Of a DNA stretch of 28,000 bases, positions 1 through 10,392 are shown piece by piece. Below the pieces are notes generated by a model. It was not told the DNA's origin and ran no database searches. It saw nothing but the letters and a program-made list of their open reading frames with translations. Made by a program: the position numbers and the translations under genes. The number at the start of each line of letters is the position of its first letter. Positions within the stretch are counted from its first letter, which is position 1. Location: contig JABVCE010000078.1 in assembly GCA_014905635.1 (NCBI GenBank), positions 62,001 through 90,000 on the forward strand. The letters run 5' to 3'. Origin of the DNA: Scenedesmus sp. PABB004. Taxonomy: Eukaryota.

Positions 1-649
1 TTTATATCGTGAAATTGATTTTCGACGTGATAAAATTGGTATTCCAGGAAAAGTAATGACAATTGAATATGATCCAAACCGTAATGCACGCATTGCATTA
101 GTAATGTATGAAGATGGTGAAAAACGTTATATTTTACAACCTCGTGGGTTAAGAGTAGGAGATTCAATTATTTCAGATCTTCAAGCTCCAATTTTAGTGG
201 GAAATGCTCTTCCATTACGTAATATTCCTCTAGGAGCACAAGTTCACAATGTAGAATTCCAACCGGGCTCAGGGGGTCAACTTGCACGTTCTGCAGGTGC
301 TTTACTTGATATTTTAGCAAAAGAAGGAAATTTTGTAACAGTTCGTTTACCTTCAAAAGAAATTCGTTTAATTTCAAAAAATTGTTGGGCGACGATTGGA
401 CAAGTTGGAAATTTAGAAGCTTATAGCATTCGAATTGGGAAAGCTGGCCGTAATCGTTGGTTAGGAAAACGACCAACAGTTCGAGGATCAGTAATGAATC
501 CAAATGATCACCCACATGGTGGAGGTGAAGGGCGTGCTCCTATTGGTCGTTGTCGTCCAGTTACTCCATGGGGCCGTCCTGCTTTAGGTCAGTTTACAAG
601 ACAACCAAAAAAATACAGTTCAAGATTTATTTTAAGAAAAAGAAAGTAA
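1..649 (+). CDS. rpl2: 50S ribosomal protein L2, 5' end outside the window
   Basis: Frame open from nt 2 ([11 protein letters not shown]...); motifs [13 protein letters not shown] and [21 protein letters not shown] at 647-649. Confidence 0.98.
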   Translation, partial: LYREIDFRRDKIGIPGKVMTIEYDPNRNARIALVMYEDGEKRYILQPRGLRVGDSIISDLQAPILVGNALPLRNIPLGAQVHNVEFQPGSGGQLARSAGALLDILAKEGNFVTVRLPSKEIRLISKNCWATIGQVGNLEAYSIRIGKAGRNRWLGKRPTVRGSVMNPNDHPHGGGEGRAPIGRCRPVTPWGRPALGQFTRQPKKYSSRFILRKRK

Positions 650-907
650 AATTTTTTTCTTTTCTTTCATTTCGAAATTTTTTTTCTTGTTTTTCCAGAG
701 TTTTTGCTTTGAAAAACAAAAGAAAAATCTTTTCTCTTTTTCATAGATTTTTTCACTTCACCTTAAGGTGAAAAGGTGAATAGAAAGAAAAAACAATTCG
801 AAAAAACATTTTTCGAAAAAAGATTTTCTTTATTTTTTGTAGTGAAATGTTCAAAATCATATTTGGTTTTCGACATTAAAAGCTAAGGTTAATTTCAAAA
901 TTTTTTT

Positions 908-1189
908 ATGCCACGTTCAATTAAAAAAGGGCCTTTTGTTGCAGATCATTTATTAAAAAAAATTGAAAAATTTAATGCACAAGGTCAAAAAAAAGTAATT
1001 ACTACTTGGTCTCGATCTTCGACTATTTTACCAATGATGATTGGTCATACAATTTCAACTTATAATGGAAAAGAATTTATTCCTGTTTTTGTTTCTGATC
1101 AAATGGTTGGTCATAAATTAGGTGAATTTGCTCCGACTCGAACTTTTAAAGGTCATGTAAAAAGTGATAAAAAAGCAAAAAGACGCTAA
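908..1189 (+). CDS. rps19: 30S ribosomal protein S19
   Basis: [16 protein letters not shown]...[10 protein letters not shown]...[13 protein letters not shown]. Confidence 0.99.
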   Translation: MPRSIKKGPFVADHLLKKIEKFNAQGQKKVITTWSRSSTILPMMIGHTISTYNGKEFIPVFVSDQMVGHKLGEFAPTRTFKGHVKSDKKAKRR

Positions 1190-1582
1190 TTTTTGGTGAA
1201 AAGATCAAAAAAAATTGCAGTTGTGCTGAAAGAGTTCGAACAGAATACTAAAAATAAAAAACTTAAAAAGAAAGAGAAAGAGACTTTTTTCTTCATTTTT
1301 GAAAGAGTCCACTTTCACTTGATTTAAGACTTACGGTTTATAAGTATAAAAATTTTTTTCAAAAAAAAAACAAAAAAATTTTTCTTTATTTTTTCGTCAG
1401 CTATTCACCGATTCAACTTTTCACCTTAAGGTGAAGTGACGTGAAATGATGAGAAAAAATATTTCAAAAATAGTTTTTGTTTCCATAATCTATTTTTTGA
1501 AAAAAACATTCTTCTTTTTTTTGTTAAAAAAGCAAAAGTTTGTCTTTTTAGAAAAATAAAAATTTTTTCTTAGTTTTTATTT

Positions 1583-1885
1583 ATGGCAAATAAAGCAATG
1601 ATCCAACGTGAATTAAAACGTCAAAAATTAGTTATGAAGTTTGCAAAAAAACGTGCAATCTTAAAAGAACAAATTGAAAAAGCTTCTTCATTAAAAGAAA
1701 AATTAGCTTTTCATCGAAAACTTCAACAATTACCAAGAAACAGTTCACCTGTTCGTTTACATAATCGTTGTTTAGTTACTGGACGTCCAAAAGGATATTT
1801 TCGAGATTTCGGTCTTTCTCGACATGTTTTACGAGAAATGGCACATGAAGGTCTTTTACCAGGTGTTCGAAAAGCAAGTTGGTAA
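1583..1885 (+). CDS. rps14: 30S ribosomal protein S14
   Basis: [51 protein letters not shown]. Confidence 0.99.
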   Translation: MANKAMIQRELKRQKLVMKFAKKRAILKEQIEKASSLKEKLAFHRKLQQLPRNSSPVRLHNRCLVTGRPKGYFRDFGLSRHVLREMAHEGLLPGVRKASW

Positions 1886-1958
1886 TTTTTTTTTGTTTTT
1901 TCAACTTTGTTTTTTTTTCTCAAAATTGTTTGAGAAATAGTGAAAACTTGAATTTTAA

Positions 1959-2003
1959 AATTCTTCTTTCAAAATAATTTTTTTTATTTTGAAAGAAGAA
2001 TTC
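1959..2003 (+). terminator. 3' stem-loop downstream of rps14
   Basis: Inverted repeat AATTCTTCTTTCAAAATAA / TTATTTTGAAAGAAGAATT. Confidence 0.6.
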
Positions 2004-2139
2004 AAAAAAAATTTGTCTCGTGTTTCAAAATTTATTTTTTTCGAGGAAGGTCAAATATGAGTATTTTCTTTTTTATTTTCTTCACCGAAAGGTGAAACTA
2101 TTTTGCACTGAAAAAAAAAATTCAGAAGGAAAAAAAAAG

Positions 2140-2168
2140 TTGTAAAAAAAACAAAAATTTGGTATTAT
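2140..2168 (+). promoter_or_regulatory. Sigma70-type promoter upstream of trnG
   Basis: TTGTAA (2140-2145), 17-nt spacer, TATTAT (2163-2168) with extended TG. Confidence 0.55.
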
Positions 2169-2185
2169 TATTTTACAAAAAAGAT

Positions 2186-2258
2186 GCGGATATAGCTCAG
2201 TTGGTAGAGCGTGGTCCTTCCAAGTCCAATGTCGCGTGTTCGAATCACGTTATCCGCT
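2186..2258 (+). tRNA. trnG: tRNA-Gly(UCC)
   Basis: GCGGATA/TATCCGC acceptor stem, AGCTCAGTTGGTAGAGC D arm, CT-TCC-AA anticodon loop, GTTCGAATC T loop. Confidence 0.97.
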
Positions 2259-2621
2259 AAAACATAATTTACCTTAAGTTTGTATTTCCTTGTCGAATTT
2301 ATTTCGAAATAAAAAACTCAAAAATACCTATCTTTTTCATGAAAGGGGGGAATTCAAACAAATAATTGTCCCATTTTTTAATTTTTTTTCAAGTATTCAA
2401 AATATAGATTTTTTTCACTTTTTTAAAGTGAAGTTTTGAAACAATTGAACAAAGTCGAAAATACTTTTTTTTTTGTCTATTTATATTTTGAATAATTATT
2501 TTATTGAAGTATTTTTTTTTTGATTTGTTTTCTAATCATTTTTCAAAATTTTTTTCTTTTTTTTGAAGAGAAAAATTTTTTGAAAAAAAAATACTTTTTG
2601 ATTATTTTTTCATTTTTTTTT

Positions 2622-4145
2622 ATGTCAATGCGTACACCTGAAGAATTAAGTAACTTAATTAAAGGATTAATTGAAGAATACACACCAGAAGTAAAAATGG
2701 TTGATTTTGGTATTGTATTCCAAGTTGGTGATGGAATTGCTCGTATTTATGGATTAGATCGAGTAATGTCTGGTGAACTTTTAGAATTTGAAGATGGAAC
2801 ATTAGGAATTGCGTTAAACTTAGAAGCGAATAACGTAGGAGCAGTTTTATTAGGTGATGGTTTAAAAATTACTGAAGGAAGCCGTGTTCGTTGTACTGGA
2901 AAAATTGCTGAAATTCCAGTAGGTGAAGCTTATTTAGGTCGTGTTGTTGACGCTTTAGCACGTCCTGTTGATGGAAAAGGACCAATTGCAACGTCTGAAA
3001 CTCGTGCAATTGAATCTCCTGCACCTGGTATTGTATCTCGTCGTTCAGTTTATGAACCATTACAAACAGGATTAATTGCTGTTGATGCGATGATTCCTAT
3101 TGGTCGTGGACAACGTGAGTTAATTATTGGTGACAGACAAACAGGAAAAACTGCAATTGCTGTTGATACTATTTTAAACCAAAAAGGAAAAGGTGTAATT
3201 TGTGTTTATGTAGCTATTGGTCAAAAAGCTTCTTCAGTTGCACAAGTTTTAAATAGTTTAAAAGAACGTGGAGCTTTAGATTATACAATTATCGTAATGG
3301 CAAACGCAAATGAACCTTCAACATTACAATATTTAGCACCTTACACAGGAGCAACTTTAGCAGAATTCTTTATGTACACAGGTCGTCCTACATTAACAAT
3401 TTATGATGACCTTTCAAAACAAGCACAAGCTTACCGTGAAATGTCATTATTATTACGCCGTCCACCAGGTCGTGAAGCTTACCCAGGAGACGTTTTCTAT
3501 TTACACTCTCGTCTTTTAGAGCGTGCTGCAAAATTAAGCGATGCTTTAGGAGAAGGAAGTATGACTGCTCTTCCGGTAGTAGAAACACAAGAAGGTGACG
3601 TTTCAGCATATATTCCTACAAACGTTATTTCAATTACAGATGGTCAAATTTTCTTATCTGGTGATTTATTTAACGCTGGTATTCGTCCAGCTATTAACGT
3701 TGGTATTTCAGTTTCACGTGTTGGTTCTGCTGCACAAATTAAAGCTATGAAACAAGTTGCTGGTACATTAAAACTATCATTAGCACAATTTGCTGAATTA
3801 GAAGCTTTCTCTCAATTTGCTTCAGATTTAGATGCTGCTACACAAAAACAACTTGCTCGTGGTGCACGATTAAGAGAAATTTTAAAACAACCTCAAAACT
3901 CACCTTTATCTGTTGAAGAACAAGTTGCAAGTATTTATACTGGTACAAATGGTTACTTAGATTCTTTAGAAGTTTTAGATGTTCGTTCTTTTTTAACTGG
4001 TCTTCGTACTTATTTATCGAATAATGTAGCACAATACGGTGAAATTGTTCGTAAAACAAATGCATTTACACCAGAAGCTGAAGCTTTATTAAAACAAGCA
4101 ATTACTGATTACTTAGCTGAATTTGGAGCAACAAAAGGAAACTAA
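2622..4145 (+). CDS. atpA: ATP synthase CF1 alpha subunit
   Basis: Start [10 protein letters not shown] at ATG 2622; GDRQTGKT P-loop; [24 protein letters not shown]. Confidence 0.99.
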   Translation: MSMRTPEELSNLIKGLIEEYTPEVKMVDFGIVFQVGDGIARIYGLDRVMSGELLEFEDGTLGIALNLEANNVGAVLLGDGLKITEGSRVRCTGKIAEIPVGEAYLGRVVDALARPVDGKGPIATSETRAIESPAPGIVSRRSVYEPLQTGLIAVDAMIPIGRGQRELIIGDRQTGKTAIAVDTILNQKGKGVICVYVAIGQKASSVAQVLNSLKERGALDYTIIVMANANEPSTLQYLAPYTGATLAEFFMYTGRPTLTIYDDLSKQAQAYREMSLLLRRPPGREAYPGDVFYLHSRLLERAAKLSDALGEGSMTALPVVETQEGDVSAYIPTNVISITDGQIFLSGDLFNAGIRPAINVGISVSRVGSAAQIKAMKQVAGTLKLSLAQFAELEAFSQFASDLDAATQKQLARGARLREILKQPQNSPLSVEEQVASIYTGTNGYLDSLEVLDVRSFLTGLRTYLSNNVAQYGEIVRKTNAFTPEAEALLKQAITDYLAEFGATKGN

Positions 4146-4284
4146 TTTTTTGAATTTGAAATTTTTGAAAATTTTGAGTTTCTTTCTTTTTTCAAATTTG
4201 AACTTTTAAATAGAGAAAAAAGAAAAAAATTTTGAACTTTGTATATATAAATCGTGAAAAACTTTCAAATTTTAATATTCTCAC

Positions 4285-4401
4285 ATGTTAACACTTAAAA
4301 TTTTTGTTTATACTGTTGTAACTTTCTTTGTATTCTTATTTATTTTTGGTTTCTTATCTAATGACCCTGCTCGTAATCCAGGAAAAGGAAATTTAGATTA
4401 A
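4285..4401 (+). CDS. psbI: Photosystem II protein I (38 aa, below the ORF-track cutoff)
   Basis: Manual translation [38 protein letters not shown]. Confidence 0.98.
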   Translation: MLTLKIFVYTVVTFFVFLFIFGFLSNDPARNPGKGNLD

Positions 4402-4423
4402 GATTTCAAAAATTCTTTGCTTT

Positions 4424-4460
4424 TTTTGAACTGATTTAATACTATTAAATCAGTTCAAAA
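4424..4460 (+). terminator. 3' stem-loop downstream of psbI
   Basis: Perfect 18-bp arms TTTTGAACTGATTTAATA-C-TATTAAATCAGTTCAAAA. Confidence 0.7.
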
Positions 4461-4867
4461 GAAATGACCCCCTTATTTTTTCTTCACTTCTTCACCTTAA
4501 GGTGAAGTGAAGTGAACCAAATTTTTTTGTATGAAATTATTTATTCCATCAATATAGAAAAAATCAAAATGAAGAGTTTTTTAAATAGAAAAATGAGTAT
4601 TTTTTTTGTTTATTTCAAAAAAAAATTGGAAAATCTTCTTTTTCCTAGACTTTGAACTTTCTATTTTTCAGCACAAAAGTGAAAAATGAAGAATTTTGTT
4701 TATCTAAAATTTCCTGAATAGAAAAAAATTTTTTTGTGCAGAAAATGGTTTTTTCATTCTTTTGCTTTTTTCTTTGAAATATTTGAAGAAGTGACAAAAA
4801 TTCTTTTTGTTCTTTCAAAAAAACTCCAAACTTTTTTGGAAGTTTTTCATTCGAAAAAGCAGGAAAT

Positions 4868-6295
4868 TTGAAAACTCTTTTGCCTATTTTTTTCTATACA
4901 GCAAAAATTCAATATTTTGAAAATATTTATAGTAATTCAAACCAAAAGAAAAAATTTGAAAAAAAACTGTTTTCCAAAAATTTGAGAAATTTTCTTTCCA
5001 ATGAGAAAAAGTTCGAAAAATACGGACAAAGAAATATTTTTTGTCAAAATACAGAAAATGATCGAAACTTTGATGTCTTTCAAAATAAAGACCAATCTAC
5101 GTCTTTTTCGAAAAATCAAGACTTCAAAAACTTTTCATTTTTCAAAGAAACAAAAACAACTGGAAAAAATTTCTTTTCATCTTTGAAAAATTCAACTCCA
5201 GCAAATTTCCAAAAAACTTCAACCTTTCAAAATTCATCAAAACAACAAGTTGTTTCAATTACCTATGAAGAAATTGGTCTTTTTCCAAGATCTTTTAATC
5301 GTGTTTTTGATCGTTTTTTTAAGCAATTATTTTTTGATGTCGAAAATTTAGTGATTCAAGAATATAGATTTTATCGATATCTTTTTTTAACAACTGTCAA
5401 ATGTTTATTTGTTCTTATTTTTGTTCCATTAGGAATTAATTTTTTTGCAAAAAACTATTTAATTCGACCGGTCACAGAATATTATTGGAATACTCATAAT
5501 CATGAGATTTTTTTAAATTCTTATCAACAAAAGCGAGCATTTACTGAATTAAAAAATTTTGAAGAAAAAATTTATTTTGAATCTTTACTCCTTTCAGAAA
5601 ACCAAATTTTTTCAACACAGTTTGACACCTATTCTTCTTCAAAAAAAATAGAAGAATTCCCTCCACCTAAAGGTGACAAAAATTTTTCACTTGAGAAAGA
5701 AAATGGAAAACTTTCCAACTTTGTTCAAAAAGAAAAAAAGAACCAGCTTTTTCAATTTTCATCACCTTTACGTGAAGAAAATGAACTTAAAAAAGCGAAG
5801 AAGAGAAATCAAAAAGAAAAATATGCAAATCTTTCTGTTCTTTTTAATAATTCTCTTCAAAAACGTTTACAAACAAAAATTTTTGAATTAGCAAATCATT
5901 ATAATGAAGAAAGTATTGAAGCTGTTACAAATTTTTTTGCAGATGTACTAAGTTTTACAAGTTTATGTTTTTTACTCGTTCGTCTAGAAATTCAAATTAA
6001 TATTACAAAATCATTTTTATTAGAAGTTTTTTTTGGATTAGATGATAGTAAAAAATCATTATTGATTTTATTTATTACAGATCTTTTAGTAGGGTATCAT
6101 TCACCAAATATTTGGGAATTATTTTTCCAAACTATATTTGATCATTATGGTTTGCCAGAAAGTCAAACAACTATTTTTTTATTAGTAGCAACACTTCCCG
6201 TATTATTAGATGTTCTTTTCAAATATTTGATTTTCCGACATTTAAATCGAGCATCTCCAGCAACTGTGGCAACTTACCATGCTATGATTGAATAA
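4868..6295 (+). CDS. cemA: Chloroplast envelope membrane protein CemA (start uncertain; TTG)
   Basis: SITYEEIGLFPRSF, VIQEYRFYRY, FFGLDDSKKSLLILFITDLLVGYHSP, ATLPVLLDVLFKYLIFRHLNRASPATVATYHAMIE; low-complexity N-terminal and central expansions. Confidence 0.95.
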   Translation: MKTLLPIFFYTAKIQYFENIYSNSNQKKKFEKKLFSKNLRNFLSNEKKFEKYGQRNIFCQNTENDRNFDVFQNKDQSTSFSKNQDFKNFSFFKETKTTGKNFFSSLKNSTPANFQKTSTFQNSSKQQVVSITYEEIGLFPRSFNRVFDRFFKQLFFDVENLVIQEYRFYRYLFLTTVKCLFVLIFVPLGINFFAKNYLIRPVTEYYWNTHNHEIFLNSYQQKRAFTELKNFEEKIYFESLLLSENQIFSTQFDTYSSSKKIEEFPPPKGDKNFSLEKENGKLSNFVQKEKKNQLFQFSSPLREENELKKAKKRNQKEKYANLSVLFNNSLQKRLQTKIFELANHYNEESIEAVTNFFADVLSFTSLCFLLVRLEIQINITKSFLLEVFFGLDDSKKSLLILFITDLLVGYHSPNIWELFFQTIFDHYGLPESQTTIFLLVATLPVLLDVLFKYLIFRHLNRASPATVATYHAMIE

Positions 6296-6532
6296 GATTT
6301 TTGCATTTTTTTTCTATTTGTTGTAGAATAAAAAAAAAATTTTTTTTTTGAGTTTAAAATAAACTTAAAAATTGCAGTTAGTTTGTTTTTTGTTTTGATT
6401 GAATTTTGAAAAATACAATCAAAACAAAATCTTTGATTTTTTTCTTAAACAAAAACCTCAAATCTTTTTTCATTTGAAAATTTCAAGAAAAAAAATCACA
6501 AAAAGATCAAAATTTTAGGAAATATATTTTTT

Positions 6533-6931
6533 ATGTCAACTGTAAATGAAATCATTGAAAAATTAAAAACATTAACGTTATTAGAAGCTTCAGAATTAGT
6601 TTCACAAATTGAAGAAACTTTTGGTGTAGATGCATCAGCTCCAGTTGGTGGTGGTGTAATGATGGCAGCAATGCCTGCTGCAGGTGGTGCTGAAGCTGCA
6701 CCAAAAGAAGAAGAGAAAACATTATTTGATGTTGTATTAGAAGAAATTCCAGCTGATAAAAAAGTTGGAATTTATAAAGTAGTTCGTAATATTGCAAATA
6801 TTGCAGTAAACCAAGTAAAAGAATTTACAGGAACTTTACCAAAAGCATTAAAAGAATCAATTTCAAAAGAAGAAGCTGAAGCTGCAAAACAACAGTTAGA
6901 AGAAGCTGGTGCAAAAGTGAAAATTGTTTAA
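6533..6931 (+). CDS. rpl12: 50S ribosomal protein L12
   Basis: [29 protein letters not shown], Ala-rich hinge, [30 protein letters not shown]. Confidence 0.97.
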   Translation: MSTVNEIIEKLKTLTLLEASELVSQIEETFGVDASAPVGGGVMMAAMPAAGGAEAAPKEEEKTLFDVVLEEIPADKKVGIYKVVRNIANIAVNQVKEFTGTLPKALKESISKEEAEAAKQQLEEAGAKVKIV

Positions 6932-6943
6932 TTAAAAAAATAA

Positions 6944-6982
6944 AAACAACAATGAAAAACAATTTGTTTTTCATTGTTGTTT
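6944..6982 (+). terminator. 3' stem-loop downstream of rpl12
   Basis: Perfect 19-bp arms AAACAACAATGAAAAACAA-T-TTGTTTTTCATTGTTGTTT. Confidence 0.7.
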
Positions 6983-7382
6983 CTTTATGAAAAAAGTCTT
7001 GCTGCATTCTTCTCTTTTTCTCAAACATCTTTTTTATTTTTAAAGACCAGTGGTTCTTCAAGTCGAACCCGTTTTTCTCACTCCAAAAACACAGAGAGAC
7101 TCTCTGTCTGTGCAACTTTTCACTTCTTCCTCTTCAAACAAAAAATATTTGAGAAAGTTTTTTGCAGAACATCTTCTTTCTTTTTTTCCAGATGTTTCTC
7201 GCTTTTTTTCACCGAAAGGTGAAATCAAGAAAAGCGAGGGACAAGAACACACTTTCTTTCAAAAAAACAAAAAAGGTTTTCTTTTTTTGAAGCAACTTTC
7301 TTCCAAACTGTACTTTCCAACTTCGCCGAGGAGGCTTGAAATTCTTCAATCTTGCCTTCGAAGATGACAACAAGAGAAGGTG

Positions 7383-7412
7383 ATGTCCAGACATGTCCAG
7401 ACATGTCCAGAC
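7383..7412. repeat. Tandem repeat (ATGTCCAGAC)x3
   Basis: Three exact 10-bp units read directly; partial units at 7441 and 7531. Confidence 0.95.
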
Positions 7413-7721
7413 GGCAGGATATTTCATATTTCTTCATCTATCCAGACTTATCATAGAGATGTATGCAAGACTCTGACAGAATTTTGAGTCTTCACTTTCA
7501 AGCCTACTATCAATTGGGTTCATCTATACTTGTCCAGGATGACCAGGTTTTTGACTTTTTTCTTTTCCTTCCCTTACGTTTGAAAAAGAAGCGGGCGAAA
7601 ATCTTTTTTTTTGAACGCACGAATGGGATAGAATAGAAAGAAAAATCCAATCTTTTGAAAAGCAAAATTTGATCAAATTTGCTTTCCATTTTTTCAACAA
7701 ATTGAAACTGTTCAAAAAGTC

Positions 7722-8045
7722 ATGTTCAAACACGAAAACGCGCTCACTCTCCAATCAGGAACATATATTCTCCATCCAAAAAAAAATATATCACTTGAAA
7801 AAAAAATGAAAATTCACCCAGGACAATATATTGTAAAAAACAAAAATTGGTGGCCAAGTTTTCAAAAAGAACCAAAACACAGCTATGAAATGTTTATCAA
7901 CGAATATGAGCCATTACCTTTTAAAAAATGCACAACACATGCACCTTGCACATATTCAGAATTAGAAAAAGTCGTGGTGTCTCCAAAAAAAGACAAAAAG
8001 TGGGATTTCAAATCTATATATAGATTTGAAATCCCACTTTTTTGA
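7722..8045 (+). CDS. Hypothetical ORF (107 aa), no recognisable family
   Basis: ATG start; less low-complexity than neighbouring spacer ORFs; internal duplicated motif SGTYILHPKKN / PGQYIVKNKN. Confidence 0.25.
   Translation: MFKHENALTLQSGTYILHPKKNISLEKKMKIHPGQYIVKNKNWWPSFQKEPKHSYEMFINEYEPLPFKKCTTHAPCTYSELEKVVVSPKKDKKWDFKSIYRFEIPLF
7995..8042. repeat. Perfect 48-bp palindrome
   Basis: AAAAAGTGGGATTTCAAATCTATA|TATAGATTTGAAATCCCACTTTTT. Confidence 0.95.
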
Positions 8046-8457
8046 AATTTCCTGTCTTTTTTCAAAAAAAAATGAAAGACAGGTTCTTGTTTTTTTGAAA
8101 CATTTCAAAATCAATCAAATTCGAGGCGTAGGAGCTCATAGAGGCCCTCAAAATAATTTTCTTAGGGGAAGGAAACCCTTTTTCTTTCAAACCTCCGTGT
8201 GTGCGCCTCCAGCTTCATTGAAAAGAAAAAAAAAGAAATTTTTCATAGGAGTTCAAACTTTTACAAAAACGTTGAAAATCCCATTCCTTCTTTTTGAAAA
8301 TATTTTTTGATTCACAAAAAGTGGGATTTTCTTGCTCGTGCGAAAAAAACAAAAGACTGCACCTTGACGAATATGAAGTCGTCGTCGTAGGGGGTTTCCA
8401 CATTTCAGGAAATTTTTCACCAAAAAAATTTGACATTGGCTTTGTTTTTATATTTTT

Positions 8458-8547
8458 CGGAGAGAGAGGGATTCGAACCCTCGGTACGAAAGAATCTCGT
8501 ACAACGGATTAGCAATCAGCCGCTTTCGACCACTCAGCCATCTCTCC
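8458..8547 (-). tRNA. trnS: tRNA-Ser(GCU)
   Basis: Reverse complement GGAGAGATGGCTGAGTGGTCGAAAGC...TT-GCT-AA...long variable arm...GGTTCGAATCCCTCTCTCTCCG. Confidence 0.97.
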
Positions 8548-8760
8548 ATTTTGTCGATTCTTGGTGAACTTTTTTTCTATTTGACCTCTTTTTGAGAATT
8601 ATTTTGACGGAATCCGAAAAAAAAAGGAAATGAACAAGGGTGGAGAAATGCTCTTTTTTTGTCAAAAAAACAGCATCCTCTCTTCTTTTTCTTCACCGAA
8701 AGGTGAAGTGACGTGAAGGGATGAAAAAAACCAGTGAAGGAAATTTGAAAAAAGAAATCA

Positions 8761-8882
8761 CCCTGGCACTAAGTTGATTTTTCCTGCTAGACTTCCAACA
8801 AGTTTGTCAACTTCTTCAGAGTTTCACAGCCAAGTTCGGGATGGATTGGCGTGGTTCCACTGAAGCATAGAGCACCAGAGTA
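8761..8882 (-). rRNA. rrf: 5S rRNA (ends approximate)
   Basis: Reverse complement contains GGAACCACGCCAATCCATCCCGAACTTGG; CTGGTGCT/AGTGCCAG terminal helix; lies just downstream of rrl. Confidence 0.93.
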
Positions 8883-9309
8883 TCAGCGGAGCAAAGCTCC
8901 GGAGATTTTTTCAAGGTTCTCACCTCTCTTTGTTTTCTTCATCGATCCACCTTTTCACCTTAAGGTGAAGTGAAGTGACGTGAAGAAAGAGGTGAGAAAG
9001 TCGAAAAAAATATAGGTCAAAATCAATTAGCCTTTAGTATATCTCAGCTGAAACCATTACTGGCCTTACACTTGATACCTATACGACAGCTTGTCTTGCT
9101 GCGGCTTGATGGAGAATACTCATCTTGGTCTGGACTTCGTACTTAGATGCATTCAGTACTTATTCACTCCATGCGTGGCTACCCTGCGTTTACTTTTGGA
9201 AAAATAACAGGTACACCATTGGCATGTTCACTACAGGTCCTCTCGTACTATGAGTGATTGACCTCAATATTCTAACGCTAATACCGGATATGGACCGAAC
9301 TGTCTTACG

Positions 9310-10129
9310 CATGTATTACCTTTTTTTGGTAATTCTCTCCCCCATTTTCATGGAGGCATGGACTATGTCTTCATCTTTGAGAGAGAATCTCAAAGAGTTG
9401 GCGTATTATAAAATCTTTCACACAAGATCTTATCCCAGCAATTTTTTCAATTGCTGAAGTCTCTACGGGGACGACAATATTTCTAGATTATCTTCAGCTC
9501 TTTTAGCTCTTTTGCTACAACTTCTGCAGTAATTTCTCTTTTTTTTGAATCATTTAACTCAGACACATGGTCCGAAATGCGACAAAGTTCAATGAACAAG
9601 AGTGCAGAATTTTTGGAAGAAGGTAATTGTTCAATTATACGAAGAAGAAGATCTGCTTGTTTTTTCTTCATACGAAGGAAGGGAGAAAGTTGTTGCAAAA
9701 AAAAATAGACACATCTTGTTTCTGTTAAGACGTAATCAGAGATATTTCCTCGATCACGAACGCTTCCATATCCAATCGTTTCTCGGATATGTTCTAAGAA
9801 ATGTCGTCTTTTTTTGAGTTGTGTGATTTGAAGAGTGCATCGAATTTGAAATTTATACACATAATCAGATCGACGAACAATTTGTGCAAGAATACTCCCA
9901 TCACCATCGATGAGGCCAGCTAAATATATAATATCATCTTTGTTTATATTTTTCATAAGTGTTTTCTAAGAAAATTTGTTTTTACTGAATTCGAAAAAAA
10001 ATTTATGAGAACCAAAATATTGAAGTCTTCCCTCGGCGTTGCCATCTATAGCAGTTCAACTATAGGAAGGTTTCACCGATATAAGCCAATACTCTATCTA
10101 TATCGCTATAGATAAACGCAGTAGTGTTT
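9310..10129 (-). mobile_element. Group I intron in rrl at E. coli position 2593 (820 nt)
   Basis: Splits exon sequence CAGAACGT|CGTAAGACAGTTCGG; 5' exon ends in U, intron ends in G; S-like element AAGACATAGTCC; contains a LAGLIDADG ORF. Confidence 0.95.
9483..9956 (-). CDS. Single-motif LAGLIDADG homing endonuclease, I-CreI-like
   Basis: YLAGLIDGDGSILAQI...YKFQIRCTLQITQ...LSPFLRMKKKQADL; located in the L2593 intron, the known site of the I-CreI family. Confidence 0.95.
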   Translation of the reverse strand: MKNINKDDIIYLAGLIDGDGSILAQIVRRSDYVYKFQIRCTLQITQLKKRRHFLEHIRETIGYGSVRDRGNISDYVLTETRCVYFFLQQLSPFLRMKKKQADLLLRIIEQLPSSKNSALLFIELCRISDHVSELNDSKKREITAEVVAKELKELKII

Positions 10130-10155
10130 ACGTTCTGAACCCAGCTCACGTACCA

Positions 10156-10189
<34 letters not shown>

Positions 10190-10193
10190 ACTA

Positions 10194-10234
<41 letters not shown>

Positions 10235-10352
10235 TTCTCGTCGATGTGAACTCTTGGAGAAGATCAGCCTGTTATCCCTAGAGTAACTTTTATTCGTTGA
10301 GCGACGGCCCTTCCACACGGCACCGTCGGATCACTAAGGCCAGCTTTCGCTC

Positions 10353-10392
<40 letters not shown>

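Noticed and set aside
2520..2621. 34-codon N-terminal extension of atpA in the ORF track
   Set aside because: Poly-T/poly-A F/K-rich sequence from a TTG; homology begins at MSMRTPEE (2622).
6952..7836. A ~295-codon plus-strand frame that is open if TGA is read as sense
   Set aside because: I counted only about four TAA/TAG triplets across all three plus frames in this stretch, so one frame lacking them is expected by chance; the translation is low-complexity and crosses a hairpin and a repeat.
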